DNA of 64,000 nucleotides from an uncultured Pelagibacteraceae bacterium (GTDB lineage Bacteria; Pseudomonadota; Alphaproteobacteria; Pelagibacterales; Pelagibacteraceae): the NCBI GenBank assembly GCA_902582605.1, contig CACHSP010000003.1, positions 6,876 through 70,875 of the forward strand, given 5' to 3'. Both the position numbers and the translations under genes were made by a program. Shown in pieces: positions 51,391 through 63,294 of this stretch. The notes beneath the pieces were generated by a model. It had not been told where the DNA came from. It saw only the letters and a program-made list of their open reading frames with translations, and made no database searches. Numbering within the stretch: the stretch's first letter is position 1; each line of letters starts with the position of its first letter.

Positions 51391-53092
51391 TTCTTTTATC
51401 TTCGTGTCTGATTATCTTAAATTTTATACCTTTTTGTTTTAGCTCTGCAATAAAATTAGTGAAATTTTTTAAATCTCTTATGATTAATTGGAATTTAAAA
51501 TTTATGTAGTTAGGGTTTTTGCCTGCCATCACAAGGTTTGAAATATTCAGTTTATGCTCTCCGATTAATGAACTAACATTACCAAGCTGACCGGGTTTAT
51601 CTGGTAAAGATATCCATAAAGTAGTATTGTACTTTTTTACTCTTTCCTCTTTTCTTTCTCCCTTTTCATGCCAATAACGTCTTATAGCTGCCCTTGCTTT
51701 TCCTGTTTTTGTTATTGGGATCCAATGCAATGATGGTGAATGATTTTTAGAGGTAATAATTTTAACTCGATCTCCATTTCTTAAAATAGTTTGGAGTTCA
51801 CTTTTATTACCATTAATTTCACATCCGATTGCAGTATCTCCTATTTTAGTATGTACGGCATATGCAAAATCAATTGGAGTAGCATCTTTTGGTAATTTAA
51901 TAACCGATCCTTTTGGTGTAAAGCAAAATACATTTTCTTGGAACATTTGTAGTTTTGTATATTCATATGAATGCTCTGGATTTTCATTTTTTTCAATAAT
52001 TTCTACTAAATCTTTTAACCAGTCATATTCTTTCCAGGTTAAAGAATTAAATTTCTCAGAAGATTTATATTGCCAGTGTGAAGCAATACCTCTTTCAGCG
52101 AAATCATGCATTTCTGTTGTTCTAATTTGAATTTCTATGGGTTTTTTATTAGATCCAATAACCGCTGTATGAATTGATTTATAACCATTAATTTTAGGTG
52201 AAGAGATATAATCTTTAAATTTGCCAGGTATACAATTGTATTCTTTATGTATTATCCCTAAAGTTTTGTAACAATCATCAATATTTTCTAAAATTATTCT
52301 AAATCCAATAATATCAGTTATTTGTTCAAGAGAAACTCGTTTCTTTTGAACCTTTCTCCAAATTGAAAAAGGTGTTTTGCCTCTTCCATAAATTTTAGAT
52401 TGAATATTATTGTCATTTAACAAAGTATTTATTTCATTTGAAAGAGACTCGAAAATATCTTTTTTGTCAGATTTGATTTCATCTAATCTATTTTGAATTA
52501 GTGTTCTTGCATCATTATTCAAAACTTCAAAAGATAAATCTTCAAGTTCATCACGAATTCTATGCATTCCCATTCTATCAGCTAATGGTGCATAAATTTC
52601 CATTGTCTCTTGTGCAATTCTTTTTCTTTTATCTTCTTTGGTAATAGCTTTTATCGTTCTCATATTATGTAAACGATCTGCAATTTTAACCAACAAAACT
52701 CTTATATCTTTTGAGGTAGCTAAAATAAGTTTTCTAAAGTTTTCTGCTTTTGAGTTTGTGGTTGCGGTGTTTTCAAAAACTGAAATTTTTGTAACACCAT
52801 CAACTAAATCTGCAACCTCTTCACCAAATTCTCCTTTAATGGTCTCGTAAGTAGCGTAGGTATCTTCGATTGTATCATGTAATAAACCAGTGGTAATAGT
52901 AGCGCTATCTAATTTAAGATCTGTTAGGATATTTGCGACTTCTATTGGATGTACTGAATATGGGTCACCTGAAGCTCTCTTTTGATTACTATGAGCTTTA
53001 ACAGCAAAATCATAAGCTTTATTCAGTTTTTCAGGGTTTAAAAATTTGTTATAAATTTTTACTTTATTTATTAAATCTTCAGAATTAAGCAT
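51347..53092 (-). CDS. spoT: Bifunctional (p)ppGpp synthetase/hydrolase Rel/SpoT (compact)
   Basis: LLHDTIEDT, KIADRLHNMRT, YKSIHT, EIQIRT, TGS (FTPKG, DFAYAVHT), ACT domain. Confidence 0.95.
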   Translation of the reverse strand: MLNSEDLINKVKIYNKFLNPEKLNKAYDFAVKAHSNQKRASGDPYSVHPIEVANILTDLKLDSATITTGLLHDTIEDTYATYETIKGEFGEEVADLVDGVTKISVFENTATTNSKAENFRKLILATSKDIRVLLVKIADRLHNMRTIKAITKEDKRKRIAQETMEIYAPLADRMGMHRIRDELEDLSFEVLNNDARTLIQNRLDEIKSDKKDIFESLSNEINTLLNDNNIQSKIYGRGKTPFSIWRKVQKKRVSLEQITDIIGFRIILENIDDCYKTLGIIHKEYNCIPGKFKDYISSPKINGYKSIHTAVIGSNKKPIEIQIRTTEMHDFAERGIASHWQYKSSEKFNSLTWKEYDWLKDLVEIIEKNENPEHSYEYTKLQMFQENVFCFTPKGSVIKLPKDATPIDFAYAVHTKIGDTAIGCEINGNKSELQTILRNGDRVKIITSKNHSPSLHWIPITKTGKARAAIRRYWHEKGERKEERVKKYNTTLWISLPDKPGQLGNVSSLIGEHKLNISNLVMAGKNPNYINFKFQLIIRDLKNFTNFIAELKQKGIKFKIIRHEDKRNAFTQKILRYFKKN

Positions 53093-53112
53093 TTAAACAC
53101 TATATCACTAAA

Positions 53113-53625
53113 TTAAATTTGTTTAATAGACCTAATGTCTCTATTTTTTAATGATAATAATAGTTTTTTTATGGAATGTTTTGAAACTGGATGTTTCCAA
53201 TTTTTATCTATCTCAAATAATGGAAAAAGGACGAAATTTCTTTTATGCATTCTTGAATGAGGTAGATTTAATTCACCTTTCATTTTCCTTCTATTAAAAT
53301 CAATTATATCAATATCGCACTCTCTAGGAGCATTTCGAAGTCTTTTCTTTCGTCCTAGGCTTGTTTCAATAGTTTTACAAACACTTATTAATTCAAAAGG
53401 TGATAATTTAGTTAGAACCTTAACTACAACATTGTAAAATTTAGGATTGTTATTATCAGGCCAAGACAAACTCTCATAATAGCTTGATGATTTTACTATC
53501 ATAATATCATTAAGAATTAATTTTGATTTAGCTAATTCAATATTATTGATTTTATTTCCAAGATTAGAACCTATACCTAAATAGACAGGATTAACTTGAT
53601 TTTCTAATATATCTTGCTCTATCAC
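53113..53625 (-). CDS. folK: HPPK (folate synthesis)
   Basis: [29 protein letters not shown]. Confidence 0.95.
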   Translation of the reverse strand: MIEQDILENQVNPVYLGIGSNLGNKINNIELAKSKLILNDIMIVKSSSYYESLSWPDNNNPKFYNVVVKVLTKLSPFELISVCKTIETSLGRKKRLRNAPRECDIDIIDFNRRKMKGELNLPHSRMHKRNFVLFPLFEIDKNWKHPVSKHSIKKLLLSLKNRDIRSIKQI

Positions 53626-54061
53626 GATTCCAGTCTCTTTGTTTTTTTACTGCTCTTTTATCAAATTGTTTCTTACCCTTGGCTACAGCTAACTCTAATT
53701 TTGCTTTTCCTTTTTTAAAATACATTTTTGAAGGCACTATTGTAAGCCCGTCTCTTTGCATTTTCCCAATTAGTTTATTAATTTCTCTCTTATTTAATAA
53801 CAATTTTCTTTCATCGGTTGGATTATGGTTTGAATAACTAGCTTGCTTATAAGATGCAATATGTGAATTTATCAAGACTATTTCACCTTTTTTTTCTATT
53901 GCGTAAGAATCTGCTATGTTAACTTTACCATTACGAATTGATTTTATTTCAGAACCTTTTAAGACAATACCTGCTTCAAACAAATCCTCAAAAAAATAAT
54001 TGTAACTAGCTTTTTTATTAAGACAAATTATTTTTAAACCACTATTGGTTTTTTTTTTCAT
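53591..54061 (-). CDS. smpB: SsrA-binding protein
   Basis: [33 protein letters not shown]. Confidence 0.97.
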   Translation of the reverse strand: MKKKTNSGLKIICLNKKASYNYFFEDLFEAGIVLKGSEIKSIRNGKVNIADSYAIEKKGEIVLINSHIASYKQASYSNHNPTDERKLLLNKREINKLIGKMQRDGLTIVPSKMYFKKGKAKLELAVAKGKKQFDKRAVKKQRDWNRDRARYIRKSS

Positions 54062-54942
54062 TAAACTAGTTTTGCAGAATGAAGTGCTTTTTTAACGATA
54101 TCCTTTGTTTCAGCTGTCACTTTTACAAGAGGTAGTCTTACATTATCATCACAAAGATTTAATAATTTTGCTGCGTATTTTACTGGACTTGGATTACTTT
54201 CGACAAACATTGCATGATGTAGAGGTTGTAATATTTTATCAATTTTTTCAGCCTCTTTAATTTCATCGTTATTTTCAGATTTTGAAAATTTTTGAAAATC
54301 AGAACAAAGTTTTGGAGCAATATTTGCAGTAACACTTATAGCTCCCACTCCACCTCTTTTATTAAATTCTAAAGCATTATCGTCATTACCAGTTAATTGA
54401 ATGAATTCATTTCCCATCTTTTTTAAAGTTTGTTCAACCCTATTTAGGTCTCCAGTTGCATCCTTAACACCAATAATATTTTTCAATTCAAATAATCTAG
54501 CCATAGTATCAACTGACATATCAATAACCGATCTCCCAGGAATATTATAAATTATTATAGGTATTCCACATTTGTCATTTATTGCTTTATAATGTTGGTA
54601 TAAGCCTTCTTGTGTTGGCTTGTTATAATAAGGTGTTACAATAAGAGCGCCTGTGGCTCCAATTTTTTCTGCATGAGTTGTAAGTGAAATGGCCTCCTCT
54701 GTAGAGTTCGATCCTGTACCTGCAAAAACTGGTAATTTTCCATTACTTTCTTTTACACATAGCTCAATCACTCTTTCATGTTCATCATGACTTAAAGTTG
54801 GTGACTCACCAGTTGTTCCTGCTGGAACTAATCCATTTGTCCCATTTTGGATATGAAAATGAATTAAATTAATATATGTCTCATCATCAAGTTTATCATT
54901 TTTAAACGGGGTGACTAAAGCAACATTTGATCCTTTAAACAT
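54061..54942 (-). CDS. dapA: 4-hydroxy-tetrahydrodipicolinate synthase
   Basis: [36 protein letters not shown]. Confidence 0.97.
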   Translation of the reverse strand: MFKGSNVALVTPFKNDKLDDETYINLIHFHIQNGTNGLVPAGTTGESPTLSHDEHERVIELCVKESNGKLPVFAGTGSNSTEEAISLTTHAEKIGATGALIVTPYYNKPTQEGLYQHYKAINDKCGIPIIIYNIPGRSVIDMSVDTMARLFELKNIIGVKDATGDLNRVEQTLKKMGNEFIQLTGNDDNALEFNKRGGVGAISVTANIAPKLCSDFQKFSKSENNDEIKEAEKIDKILQPLHHAMFVESNPSPVKYAAKLLNLCDDNVRLPLVKVTAETKDIVKKALHSAKLV

Positions 54943-54985
54943 AAATACTTATAACATACATTGTAGATTCATATAGTAAAAGATT

Positions 54986-57196
54986 ATGATTAAAAAAATC
55001 TTATTTTGGATAGTATTAATTAATTTATTCGGTCTACTCACTATAGCTCAGTCTGACATAATCCCATTAAAAAAACCTATCCAATCTGAAGAGCTAACAA
55101 AAAAAAAATTATTAATAGATGTACTAAAACCTTTACCCAAACCAATACCAAAAATATTAACAAAAGAGATAGAAAAAAAAGTTGAATCTAAGCCAGAAAA
55201 GAAGATAAGTGGACTGATACTTCCCAAAAAAAAACCTTTAATTGCTGGGACAAAAAAAACAACAGAAATAAAGATATCAAAATATTATCGTAAAAAAGAC
55301 TTCGCATTGGCCAAAAAAGCAATTGCTGAAATGAAAAGAGCTAATTGGACAGCTGCAATAAAAACTGCCAAAAGAGCTAAAGATAAATCTATATATGATT
55401 TTATTCAATGGAGACATTTACTTACAAAGGGAAATCAAGCTTCTTATTATGAGTATAAAACATTCATAGACTCAAATGAAGATTATCCTAGAATTGGAAG
55501 AATAAAATATTTAGCAGAACATAAACTTTCTACAGAAAAAATTAGTCCAAAAAAAATTATAGATTGGTTTGGTCCTGCAGAACCTTTAAGTGGTTTTGGT
55601 AAAATGATATTGGGGGAAAGTCTTATTCTTAATGGTAATAAGGAAAAGGGAATCAGATTTATTAAAGAAGGCTGGATATCAGCTGAATTGTCTAAAACAG
55701 ATTTAAGATTTTATCGTAAGAAATTTAAGAAATATCTTAATGCAGATGATTATATTAAACGAGCAGAATATCTTGCTTGGAATAACAAATACTGGGACTT
55801 AAAACGACTATTAAGATATTTACCTAAAGATTATGAACTATTATATACAGCCAGACAACTGTTGATGAGTAAATCGTATGGTGTCGATAATGCTATCTCT
55901 AAAGTTCCATCTAATCTTAAAAATGATGCTGGTTTAAATTACGATAGATTAAAATGGAGAAGAAAAAGAGGAAGAGTTGATAGTTCTGTTGAAATTCTTC
56001 TAAAGATAAAAAACACAAAAGATTACTTAGTTCGTCCGGATAAATGGTGGATAGAAAGAGAAATAATTTCCAGATCATTAATATATAAAAAAAAATATGA
56101 ATTAGCTTATAAAATTGCCAGCAACCATGGAATGAATGATGGACCTGAATTTGCTGCTGCTGAGTGGATGAGTGGTTGGATTGCATTAAGTTTTCTAGAT
56201 GATCCAGTATTAGCCAAAGAACATTTTGAAAATTTTTATAATAATGTTGGATACCCTATTAGTACAGCTAGAGGTGCATATTGGTTAGGTAAAACTTATA
56301 AAAAACTTGGTGATAAAGATCTATCTTATAAATGGTTTAAAGAAGCAACAAATTATTTGACCACTTATTACGGTCAATTGGCATTTATGGAAATTAGTCC
56401 AAATGAAAAATTTGAGCTTTCAAAAGACATGATTATTAAAAAAGAATATCGTGATTATTTTTTTAAAAAAGATTTAGTCAAATTGATATATTTACTTGAT
56501 GAATTAGATGAAGATAAATATGCTAAGCATATACTAAGACATTTGGCTAATGATGATGTTGGTAGTGGTAGTGAGGTTTTAGCAGCTGAACTTGCAACAA
56601 ATATAGAACGATTTGATTTTGCTATTCAAATTTCTAAAATAGCATCCTATGAAAAAAGATTTCACAACAAATATAATTACCCAATCATAAGCACACCCAA
56701 ATATATTAATGGAAGAAAAATTCCAGATAATGCTTTCATTCTTTCAATCATAAGACAAGAGAGTGAGTTTGATTTAAGTGCCAATAGTCATGCTGGTGCA
56801 AAAGGTTTAATGCAATTAATGCCTTACACTGCTAAACTAGTTGCTAAACAGGCAAAACTTCCTTATTCAAAATCTAGGTTAACTACTGATGCAGAATATA
56901 ATATTAACCTAGGGTCACATTATATAGCAGGATTAATTCTTGAATATGACGGTGCTTATCCATTTGCAGTGGCTGCTTACAATGCTGGACCAAAAAGAGT
57001 TCGATATTGGAAAAAAATAAACAAAAATCCTCAAAAAAATCAAATTGATTATATCGACTGGATTGAATTAATCAAATTTAAAGAAACTAGAAATTATGTC
57101 CAAAGAGTATTGGAAAACTACAATGTTTATAGATACGTGCTTGAACAACAGCCAATCGCAATGAAAGATTTCTTTAAGAATAATCCCTTGTTTTAA
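54986..57196 (+). CDS. Soluble lytic transglycosylase (Slt70-like)
   Basis: IRQESEF, GAKGLMQLMP, AAYNAGP, ETRNYVQRV. Confidence 0.93.
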   Translation: MIKKILFWIVLINLFGLLTIAQSDIIPLKKPIQSEELTKKKLLIDVLKPLPKPIPKILTKEIEKKVESKPEKKISGLILPKKKPLIAGTKKTTEIKISKYYRKKDFALAKKAIAEMKRANWTAAIKTAKRAKDKSIYDFIQWRHLLTKGNQASYYEYKTFIDSNEDYPRIGRIKYLAEHKLSTEKISPKKIIDWFGPAEPLSGFGKMILGESLILNGNKEKGIRFIKEGWISAELSKTDLRFYRKKFKKYLNADDYIKRAEYLAWNNKYWDLKRLLRYLPKDYELLYTARQLLMSKSYGVDNAISKVPSNLKNDAGLNYDRLKWRRKRGRVDSSVEILLKIKNTKDYLVRPDKWWIEREIISRSLIYKKKYELAYKIASNHGMNDGPEFAAAEWMSGWIALSFLDDPVLAKEHFENFYNNVGYPISTARGAYWLGKTYKKLGDKDLSYKWFKEATNYLTTYYGQLAFMEISPNEKFELSKDMIIKKEYRDYFFKKDLVKLIYLLDELDEDKYAKHILRHLANDDVGSGSEVLAAELATNIERFDFAIQISKIASYEKRFHNKYNYPIISTPKYINGRKIPDNAFILSIIRQESEFDLSANSHAGAKGLMQLMPYTAKLVAKQAKLPYSKSRLTTDAEYNINLGSHYIAGLILEYDGAYPFAVAAYNAGPKRVRYWKKINKNPQKNQIDYIDWIELIKFKETRNYVQRVLENYNVYRYVLEQQPIAMKDFFKNNPLF

Positions 57197-57199
57197 TAA

Positions 57200-57291
57200 T
57201 GGCGGAAGAGGAGGGATTCGAACCCTCGGTACAAGTTTCCTCGCACGGTCATTTAGCAAACGACTGGTTTAAGCCTCTCACCCACTCTTCC
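57200..57291 (-). tRNA. tRNA-Ser(GCT)
   Basis: Reverse complement GGAAGAG...GTCGT-TTGCTAA-ATGAC, long variable arm, TTCGAATC, CCA. Confidence 0.96.
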
Positions 57292-57355
57292 AAGAAATTT
57301 GTCGCCTTTGATTGTATTGAATAATCAACATTAATAAAGTAATTATTCATTAATT

Positions 57356-58609
57356 ATGAAAAATAAGTATTCAATATTTTCGCTTATTAAAAATGCTTTT
57401 TCTTATCATGAAAATTGGGAAAAAGCATGGAAAGACCCTGAGCCAAAAAAAGAATATGATGTGGTAATTATTGGTGGTGGTGGCCATGGTTTAGCAACAG
57501 CTTACTATCTCGCAAAAAAACATAATATGAAAAATATTGCTGTTGTTGAAAAAGGTTGGATTGGTGGTGGGAATACAGGAAGAAACACTACAATTATAAG
57601 ATCTAATTATTTATGGGACGCAAGTGCCGGTCTTTATGATCACGCACTAAAAATATGGGAAGGCCTTTCTCAAGAATTAAACTACAATGTAATGTTTAGT
57701 CAAAGAGGAGTAATGAATCTTGCTCATAATCTTCAAGATGTAAGAGATTTAAAAAGAAGAACCCATGCTAACAGACTTAATGGTATTGATGCGGTATATT
57801 TAAATACTGAAGAAGTTAAAAAATTTTGTCCAATAATAAATACATCTCCAGATATAAGATACCCTGTATTAGGTGGAACTTTACAAAAAAGAGCTGGAAC
57901 CGCAAGACATGATGCAGTTGCATGGGGATATGCACGTGGTGCAGATGAAATGGGTGTGGATATAATTCAGAATTGTGAGGTTAAAGGTATTAAGAGAAAT
58001 GGCGATGCAGTTGAAGGAATTGAAACTACAAAAGGATTTATTAAAACAAATAAAATTGGTGTAGTAGCTGCAGGTCACTCTAGTGTGATAGCTAATATGG
58101 CTGGATTAAGGTTGCCATTAGAGAGTAAACCGCTCCAAGCTTTAGTTTCAGAGCCTGTGAAACCAATCATAGATACAGTTGTTATGTCAAATGCTGTTCA
58201 TGCATATGTTAGTCAATCAGATAAAGGTGAATTAGTAATCGGGGCAGGAACTGATGATTACGTATCGTACTCACAAAAAGGAAGTCATGATATTGTTGAG
58301 GGGACATTAAATGCAATTTTAGAGTTATACCCTATCTTTAGTCGTATGAGAATGTTAAGACAATGGGGTGGAATTGTAGATATTTGTCCAGATGCAAGCC
58401 CAATTATAAGTAAAACATCAATCAAAGGTTTATATTTTAATTGTGGTTGGGGAACGGGAGGATTTAAAGCTACACCTGGCTCTGGAGATTTGTTTGCGCA
58501 TACAATAGCCAACGATGAACCTCACAAACTTAATGCTGCATTTAATTTGAATAGATTTGTAAGTGGTGACCTTGTGGACGAACATGGTGCAGCAGCTGTA
58601 GCACACTAA
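57356..58609 (+). CDS. soxB: Heterotetrameric sarcosine oxidase family, beta subunit
   Basis: [43 protein letters not shown]. Confidence 0.94.
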   Translation: MKNKYSIFSLIKNAFSYHENWEKAWKDPEPKKEYDVVIIGGGGHGLATAYYLAKKHNMKNIAVVEKGWIGGGNTGRNTTIIRSNYLWDASAGLYDHALKIWEGLSQELNYNVMFSQRGVMNLAHNLQDVRDLKRRTHANRLNGIDAVYLNTEEVKKFCPIINTSPDIRYPVLGGTLQKRAGTARHDAVAWGYARGADEMGVDIIQNCEVKGIKRNGDAVEGIETTKGFIKTNKIGVVAAGHSSVIANMAGLRLPLESKPLQALVSEPVKPIIDTVVMSNAVHAYVSQSDKGELVIGAGTDDYVSYSQKGSHDIVEGTLNAILELYPIFSRMRMLRQWGGIVDICPDASPIISKTSIKGLYFNCGWGTGGFKATPGSGDLFAHTIANDEPHKLNAAFNLNRFVSGDLVDEHGAAAVAH

Positions 58610-58884
58610 TGTTTTTAATTAATTGTCCTTTTTGTGGTGAACGAGAACAAAGTGAATTTAAAGCTGGTGGAGAAGCTCATATTGTTAGGCCCAAACAACC
58701 AACTGAATTAAGTGACGATCAATGGGCAGAATATTTATTTATGAGAAAAAATATTAAAGGTATTCAATTCGAAAGATGGAACCACATTCATGGTTGTAGA
58801 AAATGGTTTAACATGGTGAGAGATACATCAAACGATGAAATTAAAGCCGTTTACAAAATGGGTGAAAAACCACCAGTTAAATAA
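58609..58884 (+). CDS. soxD: Sarcosine oxidase family, delta subunit
   Basis: CPFCGER, ERWNHIHGCRKWF. Confidence 0.94.
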   Translation: MFLINCPFCGEREQSEFKAGGEAHIVRPKQPTELSDDQWAEYLFMRKNIKGIQFERWNHIHGCRKWFNMVRDTSNDEIKAVYKMGEKPPVK

Positions 58885-58887
58885 TCA

Positions 58888-61800
58888 ATGACAAAAAATT
58901 TAAGAGTTAAAAGTAGTAAATTAGTTGATGAAACATATCGAATTTCATTTAAATTTAATGGGACAACTTATTATGGATTTAAAGGTGATACACTTGCTTC
59001 TGCCCTATTGGCTAATAACATCCACCTAGTTGGTAGAAGTTTTAAATACCATAGACCTAGAGGAATTATGACAGCTGGGTCAGAGGAACCAAACGCCATT
59101 GTTCAACTTCATAATGGAACTTCAAGAACAGAACCAAATGTACGAGCTACTGAAATAGAAATATATGAGGGTCTTGTTGCTACAAGTCAAAATTGTTGGC
59201 CTAGTGTAAAGTTTGATATTGGAGGTATAAACAATTTTTTAAGTCCATTATTACCTGCAGGTTTTTACTACAAGACTTTTATGTGGCCAGCAAGTTTTTG
59301 GGAAAAATATGAATATTTTATTAGAAAATCTGCTGGTTTAGGAAAATCACCTGATGTTCCAGACCCTGACATATATGAACACAAATACATTCATTGCGAT
59401 GTATTAGTTATTGGTGCAGGTATTTCAGGACTTATCGCAGCAAAAACAGCAGCAAAAAATGGTTTTAAAACACTATTGGTTGAGGAAAAATCATATTTAG
59501 GTGGTTCTACAATTTATCAAGACTCAGAATTTTTTAAAATTAACAATCAAAATTCAGCTTCATGGTTAGAAAAGGAAATCAATGAAGTAAAAAAAATTGA
59601 AAATTTAGAAATTAAAACCAGAACAAGTGTTGCTGCTTTTCATGGTTATAATTTTTTATTAGCAAGAGAAAATCTAACTGATCACTTGCCAATTGAACAA
59701 AGAGAAAATAAAACTCGTCAAAGATTACTTAAGATACGCGCTAAAAAAGTTATTACAGCTACAGGGTCTATAGAAAGACCTTTAATTTTTGACAATAACG
59801 ATCGCCCAGGGATATTACTTTCATCTGCTATAAAAAAATATGCAGATTTATTTGGTGTAGCATGTGGAGAGAAAAATATTTTATTTACCAATAATGATAG
59901 CGTTTATGAAACTGCAATAAGTTTAATTCAAAAAGGGATTAAAGTACAAGCGATAATTGACAATAGAGAAGAAATTGATTCTAAACTTATTAAAGAAACT
60001 GAAAAAAACAATATTAAGATTTATAAAGGTTACACAATTGTAGATACATTTGGATACAAAAGAATAAATAGTGTCTCTATAATGAAATTATCTAAAGATG
60101 GTCAAAAGGTTATAGGATCAAAAGAAAATATTTCATGCGATAGTTTAGGTATTTCAGGAGGTTGGACACCAGCAGTTCATCTATTTACTCAATCGGGTGG
60201 AAAACTTAAATTTAGAGATGATGATCAAGTTTTTATTCCAAATACTTATCCATCAAATCAGATAAGTATCGGAAGTTGTAATGGTGATTTTACTTTAGAT
60301 GAAATATTAATTAATACGCCTAAATTACTCAAAGAATTTTTAAATATCAAAAAAACCGAATACGAAAATATTGAAATATATTCAGCATTTAACAAATCAA
60401 AAAGAAATATTTGGTTATTGCCTTCGAATAAAATTGTAGGGAAAACTAAATCATTTGTAGATTTTCAAAACGATGCAACAGCCAAAGATATTAAATTAGC
60501 TTTAAGAGAAGGTTTCAGGTCTATTGAACATGTAAAAAGATATACAACAACAGGGATGGGTACAGATCAAGGTAAACTTGGGAATATGCATGCCTTAGGA
60601 ATAATTTCCGAAACAGCGTCTTCTAAAATGGGTGAACTTGGTACTACAACATTTAGACCACCCTACACTCCTCTTACATTTGGTACTATCGTTGGAAGAA
60701 ATGTTGGTAAATATTTTGATATAATAAGAAAAACACCAATTCACGAATGGCATGTTGAAAACAAAGCTGAATTTGAGAATGTAGGACAATGGAAAAGAGC
60801 TTGGTATTATCCACAGAATGGTGAAAACATGCACGAAGCTGTTCAAAGAGAGAGTAAAGCTGCAAGAGATAGTGCAGGCATATTAGATGCATCCACGTTA
60901 GGTAAAATTGATATTCAAGGTACTGATGCCTCTGAATTTTTAAATAGAGTTTACACCAACGCTTGGTCAAAACTTGAGATTGGAAAATGTCGATATGGTT
61001 TAATGCTGAACGAAGATGGCATGGTCTATGACGATGGTGTTACTACCAGATTAGACGAAAATCACTATATTATGACAACGACAACTGGTGGTGCTGCTAC
61101 AGTTTTAGGTAAACTTGAAGATTATCTTCAAACAGAATGGCCTGAGCTAGATGTGTATTTGACATCTGTAACTGACCATTACGCAACTATTAGTGTTTGT
61201 GGTCCTAATAGTAAAAAGATAATTCAAAAAGTAATACCTGAAATCGATTTATCAGATAAAGATTTTCCTCATATGTCTTTTAAGAATTCAAAAATTGGTA
61301 AAGTGAAATGTCGAGTTATGAGAATAAGTTTTACTGGTGAACAAAGTTATGAAATCAATATTCAGGCCAATTACGCTAAATCAGTATGGGAAAATTGTAT
61401 GGAGGCAGGAAAGGAGTTTAATATTACTCCCTATGGGACTGAAACAATGCATTTATTAAGAGCGGAAAAAGGATTTATCATAGCCGGTCAAGACACAGAT
61501 GCAACTATGACACCAATTGATTTACAAATGGATTGGATAGTTAGTAAAAAGAAATTTGATTTTATAGGTAAAAGATCTTTATATAGATCAGATACTATAA
61601 GGGAAGATAGGAAACAATTAGTAGGTCTTATCACAGACAATCCAGAAGAAATATTAGAAGAAGGGGCACAAATTGTTGCAGATATGAACAAAACACCAAT
61701 AGAAATGTTAGGTCATGTTACTTCTAGTTATTTTAGTCCAAATTTAAAAAAATCTATTGCTCTTGGAGTGGTTAAGGGTGGAAAAAATATGATGGGTCAA

Positions 61801-61893
61801 AAATTGATAATTCCAATGGAAAAAAAACAAATCAATGTAACGGTTACAGATCCGGTATTCCTAGACAAGGAGAATAAAAGATTAAATGCTTAA
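58888..61893 (+). CDS. soxA: Sarcosine oxidase family, alpha subunit
   Basis: GDTLASAL, RSFKYHRPRG, EHVKRYTTTGMGTDQGK, GcvT-like C-terminus. Confidence 0.95.
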   Translation: MTKNLRVKSSKLVDETYRISFKFNGTTYYGFKGDTLASALLANNIHLVGRSFKYHRPRGIMTAGSEEPNAIVQLHNGTSRTEPNVRATEIEIYEGLVATSQNCWPSVKFDIGGINNFLSPLLPAGFYYKTFMWPASFWEKYEYFIRKSAGLGKSPDVPDPDIYEHKYIHCDVLVIGAGISGLIAAKTAAKNGFKTLLVEEKSYLGGSTIYQDSEFFKINNQNSASWLEKEINEVKKIENLEIKTRTSVAAFHGYNFLLARENLTDHLPIEQRENKTRQRLLKIRAKKVITATGSIERPLIFDNNDRPGILLSSAIKKYADLFGVACGEKNILFTNNDSVYETAISLIQKGIKVQAIIDNREEIDSKLIKETEKNNIKIYKGYTIVDTFGYKRINSVSIMKLSKDGQKVIGSKENISCDSLGISGGWTPAVHLFTQSGGKLKFRDDDQVFIPNTYPSNQISIGSCNGDFTLDEILINTPKLLKEFLNIKKTEYENIEIYSAFNKSKRNIWLLPSNKIVGKTKSFVDFQNDATAKDIKLALREGFRSIEHVKRYTTTGMGTDQGKLGNMHALGIISETASSKMGELGTTTFRPPYTPLTFGTIVGRNVGKYFDIIRKTPIHEWHVENKAEFENVGQWKRAWYYPQNGENMHEAVQRESKAARDSAGILDASTLGKIDIQGTDASEFLNRVYTNAWSKLEIGKCRYGLMLNEDGMVYDDGVTTRLDENHYIMTTTTGGAATVLGKLEDYLQTEWPELDVYLTSVTDHYATISVCGPNSKKIIQKVIPEIDLSDKDFPHMSFKNSKIGKVKCRVMRISFTGEQSYEINIQANYAKSVWENCMEAGKEFNITPYGTETMHLLRAEKGFIIAGQDTDATMTPIDLQMDWIVSKKKFDFIGKRSLYRSDTIREDRKQLVGLITDNPEEILEEGAQIVADMNKTPIEMLGHVTSSYFSPNLKKSIALGVVKGGKNMMGQKLIIPMEKKQINVTVTDPVFLDKENKRLNA

Positions 61894-62449
61894 TTATTCA
61901 AATGTAATTGAAAATGATAAATCTTATCCAGGTTTGCAAATGAGAGAAATAAAACCTGTCATGAAACTAATTATTAGAGGAAAAAAAAGACAGTTTTTAT
62001 CTGCAGTTGGAAAATCATTAAATCTACTTTTGCCAAATGAAGCAAATACTTCCTCAAGAAGTGATCAATTAACAGCTCTTTGGTTAAGCCCAGATGAATG
62101 GATGATTTTTTCAAACGAAATTTTAAAATCAGATGATAACAATTATAATGTAGAAAAATTACTCAATAAAAATATTTGTAAAACAAATTTGGGTGCTGTA
62201 ACTGATGTCACAGACCAATTTGTATTAATAAATCTTAAAGGTGATAAAATTTTTGATTTATTTGAAACTGGATCTCCATTTAATTTTAATGATTTTAAAT
62301 CCAAAAAAGGTCTTGTAACTCAAACAATTTTGACAAAAATTGATATAATTGTTCATAATCAGGACATTAACGATGTAAATTTATTTGTTAGAAGATCCTT
62401 TTCAGATCATTTATTTTCATGGATGAATGATAGTGCGTCAAGATTATAG
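61886..62449 (+). CDS. soxG: Sarcosine oxidase family, gamma subunit
   Basis: LWLSPDEW, VRRSFSDHL; operon position. Confidence 0.9.
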   Translation: MLNYSNVIENDKSYPGLQMREIKPVMKLIIRGKKRQFLSAVGKSLNLLLPNEANTSSRSDQLTALWLSPDEWMIFSNEILKSDDNNYNVEKLLNKNICKTNLGAVTDVTDQFVLINLKGDKIFDLFETGSPFNFNDFKSKKGLVTQTILTKIDIIVHNQDINDVNLFVRRSFSDHLFSWMNDSASRL

Positions 62450-62486
62450 ATCTCAATAATAAAAAAAATAATATAATCATCTAATT

Positions 62487-63254
62487 ATGAAAAAATTACT
62501 ATTAATAGTATTATTTACCTTTTTACCATTCTCACTTAATGCAGAATCAAATTTAGATAAAATACTATCATCAGGTGTATTAAAAGTTGGAACTACTGGA
62601 GATTGGGATCCTATGACAGTTAAGGATCCAGCTACTAATAAATATAAGGGTTTTGATATTGATGTCATGAATGAACTTGCAAAAGATATGGGTGTAAAGA
62701 TTGAATTTGTACCCGCAGAATGGAAAACTATTGTTTCAGGTATAACATCAGAAAGGTATGATATTTCAACAAGTGTAACAAAAACTCCAAAACGAGCTGA
62801 AGTAGCAGGATTTACTGATACTTATTACAAATATGCCACTGTTCCACTCGTTCTTAAAAAGAACTTAAAAAAATTCCCTACTTGGGATTCCCTAAATAAC
62901 GAAAACGTAACGATAGCAACTACTCTTGGTACTTCTCAAGAAGAGAAGGCGAAAGAATTTTTTCCAAAATCAAAATTAAACTCAATTGAAGCTCCGGCTA
63001 GAGACTTTCAAGAAGTATTAGCAGGTAGAGCTGATGGTAATATTACAAGTTCAACAGAAGCAAATAAATTGGTTATCAAATACCCTCAATTAGCAATTGT
63101 TCCAGATGGTGGAAAAAATCCAGCTTTTTTAGCAATGATGGTGCCAAAAGGTGATACTAAGTGGAACGAATATGTAAATAAATGGATTAAAGATAAAAAA
63201 TCCTCAGGGTTCTTCACTAAGTTATTAGCTAAATATAATTTAAAGAGTTTATAA
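62487..63254 (+). CDS. Polar amino-acid ABC substrate-binding protein (cyclohexadienyl dehydratase-like clade)
   Basis: Signal peptide, [21 protein letters not shown]. Confidence 0.88.
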   Translation: MKKLLLIVLFTFLPFSLNAESNLDKILSSGVLKVGTTGDWDPMTVKDPATNKYKGFDIDVMNELAKDMGVKIEFVPAEWKTIVSGITSERYDISTSVTKTPKRAEVAGFTDTYYKYATVPLVLKKNLKKFPTWDSLNNENVTIATTLGTSQEEKAKEFFPKSKLNSIEAPARDFQEVLAGRADGNITSSTEANKLVIKYPQLAIVPDGGKNPAFLAMMVPKGDTKWNEYVNKWIKDKKSSGFFTKLLAKYNLKSL

Positions 63255-63294
63255 AAAATTAGTAATTAGTTTTTAATTCTTTATAACTTGAAGA

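Noticed and set aside
57068-57259. 63-aa ORF
   Set aside because: Overlaps tRNA-Ser and the slt 3' end
57308-57328. TTGATT-N9-AATCAA inverted repeat before soxB
   Set aside because: Six-bp AT-rich arms are too likely by chance to call an operator
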